Shown here one piece after another: positions 50,091-50,555 of a stretch of 50,555 bases of DNA. The first letter of the stretch is position 1. Each line of letters starts with the position of its first letter. Both the position numbers and the translations under genes were made by a program. Origin of the DNA: Vicugna vicugna (lineage: Eukaryota); the NCBI GenBank assembly GCA_013265495.1, contig MU058781.1:7302098-7352652 (forward strand), given 5' to 3'. The notes beneath the pieces were generated by a model. The model saw only the letters and a list, made by a program, of their open reading frames with translations, had not been told where the DNA came from and searched no databases.

Positions 50091-50555
50091 GAGGACTTCC
50101 GGGCAAGATGGCGGAGTAGAAGGACGCTTGTAAGCCACCCTCTCCCACAAATACACCAAGACCCACATCTACAGACCCACTCAGCCAACCAGAGCACCTG
50201 CGGAACTCCAACAGATCATCGCCCTCTTCAAAAGATAAAGACGCCAAAAATCTGGTAGGAGAAAAGGAAAAAAGAAAGAACAAAATGCAAAGCAGCGCGG
50301 GACGGGTCCCGCGGGGAGGGAGCGGCAAAGGAGGACTGGCGCTTGCTCGCTGGGTCTCCCCTCTCCAACTGAGAGGCCAGCGGGACGGAGGGGGAGCCTC
50401 CGAGGCTCGGATCTGTACAGAGCAGCCCTTGTCTGACAGAACTAAGTTAAACGGGCACAGAGCGTCCCCCCGACACCCAGCCTGAGACGCGGGCCGGCAG
50501 CGGCGGGCAGGGCCAGGCTGCACAAGCCGGGCGGAGGACGGGGGCGGCTGCACGG
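50091..50555 (+). mobile_element. 5'UTR and internal promoter of a young, probably full-length LINE-1 (runs off the window)
   Basis: Begins gaggacttccgggcaagatggcggagtag with a YY1 motif (50104-50113). Similar to the 5'UTR at 8363-8810. GC/CpG-rich, preceded by an A-rich target (tttat/aaaaaagaaagaaa). Confidence 0.88.

Noticed and set aside
232..50485. The many 60-150 aa ORFs in the track as host genes
   Set aside because: Most are antisense or alternative frames of L1, LTR or L2 sequence, or low-complexity Phe/Leu/Ile-rich strings, many with GTG/TTG starts. None matches a host protein I recognise.
50280..50555. CpG island as a host-gene promoter
   Set aside because: It lies within an L1 5'UTR that starts at ~50091 with the YY1 motif and resembles the L1 5' end at 8363-8810.
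1..50555. CRISPR arrays, operons, tRNA or rRNA genes
   Set aside because: No regularly spaced repeats or recognisable structural RNA genes; the sequence is mammalian repeat-rich DNA.

Overview
AT-rich, repeat-dense placental-mammal DNA. The young L1 3' ends resemble camelid L1s from memory, and I see no Alu, B1, Bov-A/BovB or PRE-1 SINEs; species is an inference. I found no host protein-coding gene, RNA gene or CRISPR array. The recognisable ORFs are LINE-1 ORF2 or Tigger1 fragments. The window holds young 5'-truncated L1s with readable target-site duplications (TSDs) and the CpG-rich 5'UTR of a probably full-length young L1 at the right edge. Older repeats include L1M, L2, MIR, MaLR/ERVL solo LTRs and DNA transposons. 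Four L1 integrations are unusual: a twin-primed inversion, a 5'UTR fused to late ORF2 inside one TSD, a ~52-bp TSD, and a tail-less TSD-less L1 piece. Non-repeat islands hold candidate non-coding exons, transcription-factor motifs and a long hairpin. I found no convincing new biological system. Repeat subfamily names are by-eye recognition, and boundaries of old elements are approximate.
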